From: Caecitellus pseudoparvulus | Taxonomy: Eukaryota > Protista > Bigyra: Bicosoecida | DNA length: 64,000 nucleotides | NCBI GenBank assembly: GCA_965644315.1 | Contig: CBFFRQ010000045.1 | Location: forward strand, 24,093-88,092 | Direction: 5' to 3' | Part shown: in pieces, positions 59,201-64,000 of the stretch | How the letters are laid out: each line of letters starts with the position of its first letter | Numbering within the stretch: position 1 is the first letter of the stretch | The notes under the pieces: model-generated | Seen by the model: the letters and a program-made list of their open reading frames with translations, nothing else | The model's database searches: none | What the model was told of the DNA's origin: nothing | Made by a program: the position numbers and the translations under genes

Positions 59201-62200
59201 GCATTGGCGCTGTGGACCACAACTTCGTATCTTGTGCCTGGCGCAAGCGGATTGCTGAGGCATAGCTCGTCGCCTGAACAGACCAAGCTCCACTGGGCAC
59301 TCGTGGCAGAGCCCACACTGTGCAGCGGCGCCAGCCACTGCGACGCCTGCACGTCCCACAAGCCCACAGAGTGGCTCAGGGCAGTGGACGCCGTCGCGGC
59401 CTCAGCGTCGTACACCAGCCAGCAGCCCCACACTGTCTGAGTGCCAGCGTTCCAGGCTTCGCTGGGCAAGCCAGCCACACCGCCCAGTCGAGCGGCACAT
59501 TGTGCTCCCGTGCGAACAGCAATGTTGGCCGGCCCAGCACCTGCCACGACGAAGCCGCTTGATGCCGTGTCTGTCACCAGTCCCGCACTGCTCACCAGTC
59601 GCAGCAAGCCGTACACCCATCCAGACGTGCCGCTGGGCAGTGGCGCCGAGCAGTTCCCGGCACTGGCCCCCACCTCCACGTTCGCGTCAGATAGGGGCAC
59701 AATGTCAGCTGCGCCAGGCGTGCTGCCCCAGCCACACTGCACTTGGACAATGTCGCTCTCGGCGTCTCGTGCCCGCAGCCAAGCCATGGTCGCGGTGGCG
59801 CCAGCCACGAGCTGCGCATCTGCCGTGGCAGACACACGCTGTGCAAGTGCACCTGGCGCGAGCCCCGCCACATCCCACACCGCCTGCACCTTGGGTGGAG
59901 TGGCGTCAACAGCCGGAGCAATCACGGCAATGCTGGACACGCGACCAGCAGAGTTGCCCAGTGCAACTCCAGAGTAGCCACGCTGGCCGTGCTGCAGGGC
60001 TCCAAGCCCAGGCACAAGGAGGGGAATGCTGCTCACGTCTGCGCCAGGGGCCAAGATCACCGCGGAGCCGTCTGCCCGCAGCACCTGCTGCCCGCCAAGA
60101 CTGGAGCCCATGGCGTGCAGCATGGTCGCAAGGGCCGCTTGGCTATCGGAAGCAGCTGTCACGTTCAGTGCCAGGGCTGGACTGACGCCTCGCCCAGGCA
60201 CAGAGCAGGGCAAACAGAGACTGAGAGAGTCCCCTGTACCGGCCTTGAAGGTGCCTGCTGGACAAGGCGTGCAGCTACCGCTGTGGCTGAAGGTGCCTGG
60301 AGCACACGTCCCAGGGGCAGTGGGCGGAGGTGGCACGCTTGGGCCAGCACTGCAAGCACCAGCACACGGCTCGCAAGCACCCGTCACGGCGTTCAGCTCG
60401 TACCCTGCCCCACACACGCACATGCCGCCACCTGCGGTGAAGTCGGGGACAAACACGGCATGCTCCTGAACACATCCGCACGTTGTGCGATCAGAGCTGA
60501 CAGGGACGATGCCGAGCAGCGCACTCTGCAGGCGAATGTCGTGAGCCACGTCAGGCGCACTGTCGTCACAGACGATGCCATCAGACGACACCTCCGTCAC
60601 GAGGCCAGCCGCGTTTGTGGCCCACACTGTGGCGTACACAGCCTGGCCTGGCTGCAGTGCCAGCTTGCGAGCTTGTGCGAAGGTGCGGCGCCCGACCGAG
60701 CTGCGAGGCACGATGCCACACTGCCCAGGGGCGTCCCCCGCACACCACTCGTACTTGCTCACGCCTGCCGCGTCAAAGAAGTCGCCCCACGATGCCTGCA
60801 CAAGGGAGCAGTCAGGTGTGAACGCATCGTCCACTCCTGGGTGCGGTGAGTCCCACACCGAGCCGCCTGTGGGTCCACTCGTGATGACAGCGGCGCCGTT
60901 TGAGTACACCGTGGTGCTCAGCCCCGCAGCGTTCACAGCCGTCACAGAGCACGTGTAGCGCTGCTGATTGAGCAGTTCACTGCCTGGGGGGAAGGTGAAG
61001 GTGTGTGTGGTGGGGCTGGAGACTGGGACCAGCGCTGGCCCAGCGGCAGCTGCCCCCTCGCTGGAGCCCAGCTTCAGCACGATGGAGTAGTGCGCGATGG
61101 GGGACACGTCGTCTCGGAAGCCGCTCCAGGAGCAGGCATATGCAGTATCGGTGCTGGTGAATGTCAAGTCACTGCTCTCGCCGTCCCAGACACTGCCTGG
61201 GAGAGGTGGCGTGACGTCAGGGATGACGATCCTGGACACCGTCGTGCTGGCGTGTCCAGCTGCGTTCAGCCCCACGAGGGAGAGGTGGTACTCCTGCCCT
61301 TGCACCAGCTCCAAGTCTGAGAAGGTCACATTGCGCGAGTGTTTCTGGTCTTCAAACACCCGCACTTGCTGGCCATACGGCCGCGTCCCAAGCGCAGCAG
61401 TGTAGGTTGTCAAGGCTGCGTCTGATTCAGCATCTTCAAAGGCGCCCCACGTCGCGGCCACGGTGTTCAGTGACGCCACGTACAAGACTTCAGGCAACCC
61501 TAAAGCAGCCAAGTTGATGGCGTGGGAGATGGAAACGTTGGAGGGGGCAGATGCCGTCACGTCAGGCGTGAAGTGCGCGTGGTGCACACGAGTGGCCGTG
61601 CCAGCGCGAGCAACCACGGTTGCAGTGTACTGCATCCCAGGCGTGAGGGTCAGGCCGTACACGCTGGCATGTGTGGCTGTGCCCACATCAGTCAGCGCCT
61701 TCACGTCCCCAACCCCAGCAGCAGTGCCCAGGGCCCACTGGAAGGTGAAGTGCGGCACAGCTGTGCCGTTCTCAGTGTCCCCCGTGCTGGTCCAGGTCTC
61801 CCCAGGTGGCGCCAGGGTGTTTGACAGCACACTCCACTCAACTTCCAGGTGCTTGTCCGAGCTGGTGTATGTGGCCAGGACAGGGAAGGCTCCGGCTCCA
61901 CGAGCACGCCCCGTCCATCCACCTGCACTGCGCCGGTGCTGTCAACGACCACACCTGCCGCAGGGGCCACAGAGCTCAGCCCCGCACGGTTTGTCATGCG
62001 CACCCTGACGTAGTACTTCTCCCCGTTCACGAGCGCAGCAGGGACAGAGCAGGAGGTCGCGAGGCCGACGCTGCTGAATGGTGCCACATCACAAGTGTCC
62101 GCACTGGTCCCAACACAGCAGGCAAAGGAGTCCAGCTCTGACTCCTCATCCACCCACGCGCTGAAGGCCGGCGCCGCCGTCCACTGCCAGCTGGCGCTGA

Positions 62201-64000
62201 CGTTGTCCTTGTGGCTTTGGTACGGCGCATCCACGAACGTAGTGAGGGTGTTCCACACTGGGCCTGCCACTGGCAGGCTCGTGTCTACCATCACACCATC
62301 CGACTCCAGCAGGGCAGATGGGTTGCCGACGTTGTTCACGGCCCGGATCTGCAAGCAGTAGCGAAGGCCGCTGGTGAGGCCTAGGCCAGTCGCATGCAAG
62401 GTGGTCACTGTCGCCCCTGGCACATCGGTCCAGTCTCGCACGTCGCGGCTACCCACGTCGCCGTTGTCGCACCAACGCACAGCATACTGGTACTTCGCCA
62501 CGGCCCCCACATCTTCCACAAAGGCATCCCAGTTCCCGCGCATCTCGCTCGCTGAGGCAGTGAAGGCAGCCTCACCCGTCACGCCAGGCACGGCGTCTTG
62601 AACAGCCCCACCTGGAGCAGGCTCCGGAGCAGTGCCGTCAAACACCACGCCATCTGAGGCGACATCCACAAACAGGCCATTGGACGCCACAGCACGGACC
62701 ACGACGTAGTACGTCGTGCCATGGGCTGGCACGATGGCAGCGGGGTTCGTCTTGGCCGTCGTGTTGGAGCTCACGTACGTCAGCGGCAGCACATCCAGCG
62801 GATGGGCCGACAGATCAGGACCTGGTCCAGGCGCTGAGCTGGAGATGCCCCACAGGTATGACACAATGGAGGCCTGGCCTGCGTCGAAGCCGCCCCAGAC
62901 AGCCTCCAGAACAGGCTGAGCATGCCCATCTTGGTCCGCGTCCAGGTCGCGTGTGGCGTCCACGTCGTTCACGTACGCGGCGGCAGCTGATGGGCGGCTG
63001 GTCTCGATGTCAAGCGGCACGGGCTCAGACAGACCTGCGTTTCCTGCACGGTCCAAGCACCTGGCACGCATGTGCACCTTGGTGGCATCGGGGAGTGGCG
63101 AGGCGAAGGTCACCGTGAACGTTTGGCGCAGCACCAGCAGGCCATGCAGGCTGAACCTGCTCACCTCTGACTGCGCCACGGTGAAGGATGAGTGAGCAGT
63201 GGGGGACTCCTCAGTCCCAGCGGCCACTCGGCAGGCAGAGAAGCCCGCATCCGTGTCGGCGAAAGTGATAGCGACTCGCATGGATGTCATACTCGCCACG
63301 GACTGCACAGCGTGCTGGGTGGCGTTGAAGCTGTCTGGCTTGCCTAGCAAGGCGGGAATGCCATAGCCAGCCCAAGCGGACCCTGGCGCTGCCAGAACAA
63401 AGAGGGACACATCCGGCAAGGCTGTGTCCACGAGAATGCCATCAGACAGCACAGTCGTTTTCAGCCCAGCCGCATTCGTGGCTGTCACAGAAGCGTACAC
63501 ATACGTGCCACTGCGGACAGCGACGGGCACTGTGAACGTGTGTTCCCGCGCCAGGCCCACACTGATCGTGGCTGCGATGTTGTCCACCGGCCGCCCAAGC
63601 ACCGAACCAAGGCCAACTTCGTACTTCACCAGCGGCGACACGTCTTCTGTGAACTCTGGCCAGTGCACTGTGAAGGTGGTCGTGCTGGAGGTGAAGTCCA
63701 GGTCGTTCGTGGCGCCGTCTCCTCCGATGTCAGCGGGTGTCAGCGAGCCAGCTTGTGGCCCGTCGCGAGGCTTCTGCAGCGTGGGCGGCGTGGCGTCAAA
63801 GATGACGCCATCTGAGCTCGAGACGCGGAACAACCCCGCTTTGTTTGTGGCCTTCATGTGCACGAAGTACTGCTGGCCGTGGGTCATGGTGTCCTGCGGC
63901 AGGCTGTGCACACCAAACGGCTCCACATCCCGCCATTGCCCCAGCGGCACGCCTGTGTCCAGAGGGTTGCACGTGCTGGCGTCTGGCGTGGCGACTGTGC
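56236..64000 (-). CDS. Giant extracellular protein with tandem FN3-like (DxTPP..G.V.DG...W..F.D..S.I..Y) modules and a Cys-rich GCC2/ephrin-receptor-like segment; 5'-truncated by window, -1 frameshift near 61885
   Basis: Over 2500 codons in two overlapping frames; repeated A.N.AG...S.G..D.T.P modules; CAPGTF...CTPCPAGTFK. Confidence 0.8.

Overview
Eukaryotic, GC-rich (~65-70% in genes), very gene-dense DNA with short (~45-90 bp) GT-AG introns. It is most consistent with a non-photosynthetic protist, possibly a stramenopile (inference). Most of the window is housekeeping genes: PGM3, GCDH, RPS6, SRPK, a CENP-E-like kinesin, HisRS, WDR82, acetyl-CoA synthetase, GAR1, ERCC1 and others. The striking part is an accessory block at ~8.7-23.6 kb. 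Four intronless genes built from 38-aa ankyrin-like repeats, variable at DARPin-like positions, form an inverted array (two on +, two on -). They surround a ~2.6 kb low-GC (~40-45%) island with no recognisable gene, and a tRNA-Lys gene bounds one side. One ankyrin gene is split by a complete, apparently recent ~6 kb Ngaro-type tyrosine-recombinase retrotransposon. This element has A1-ORFs-B1-A2-B2 split direct repeats, integrated at a GTT matching its palindromic circle junction, and its gag and pol are in frame across a single UAG. Other notable signals are a recurrent GCGGAAATT-like element in first introns and 5' regions of many unrelated genes, an FMRP/FXR-like KH protein, and several -1 frameshifts at G/C homopolymers that probably reflect assembly errors.
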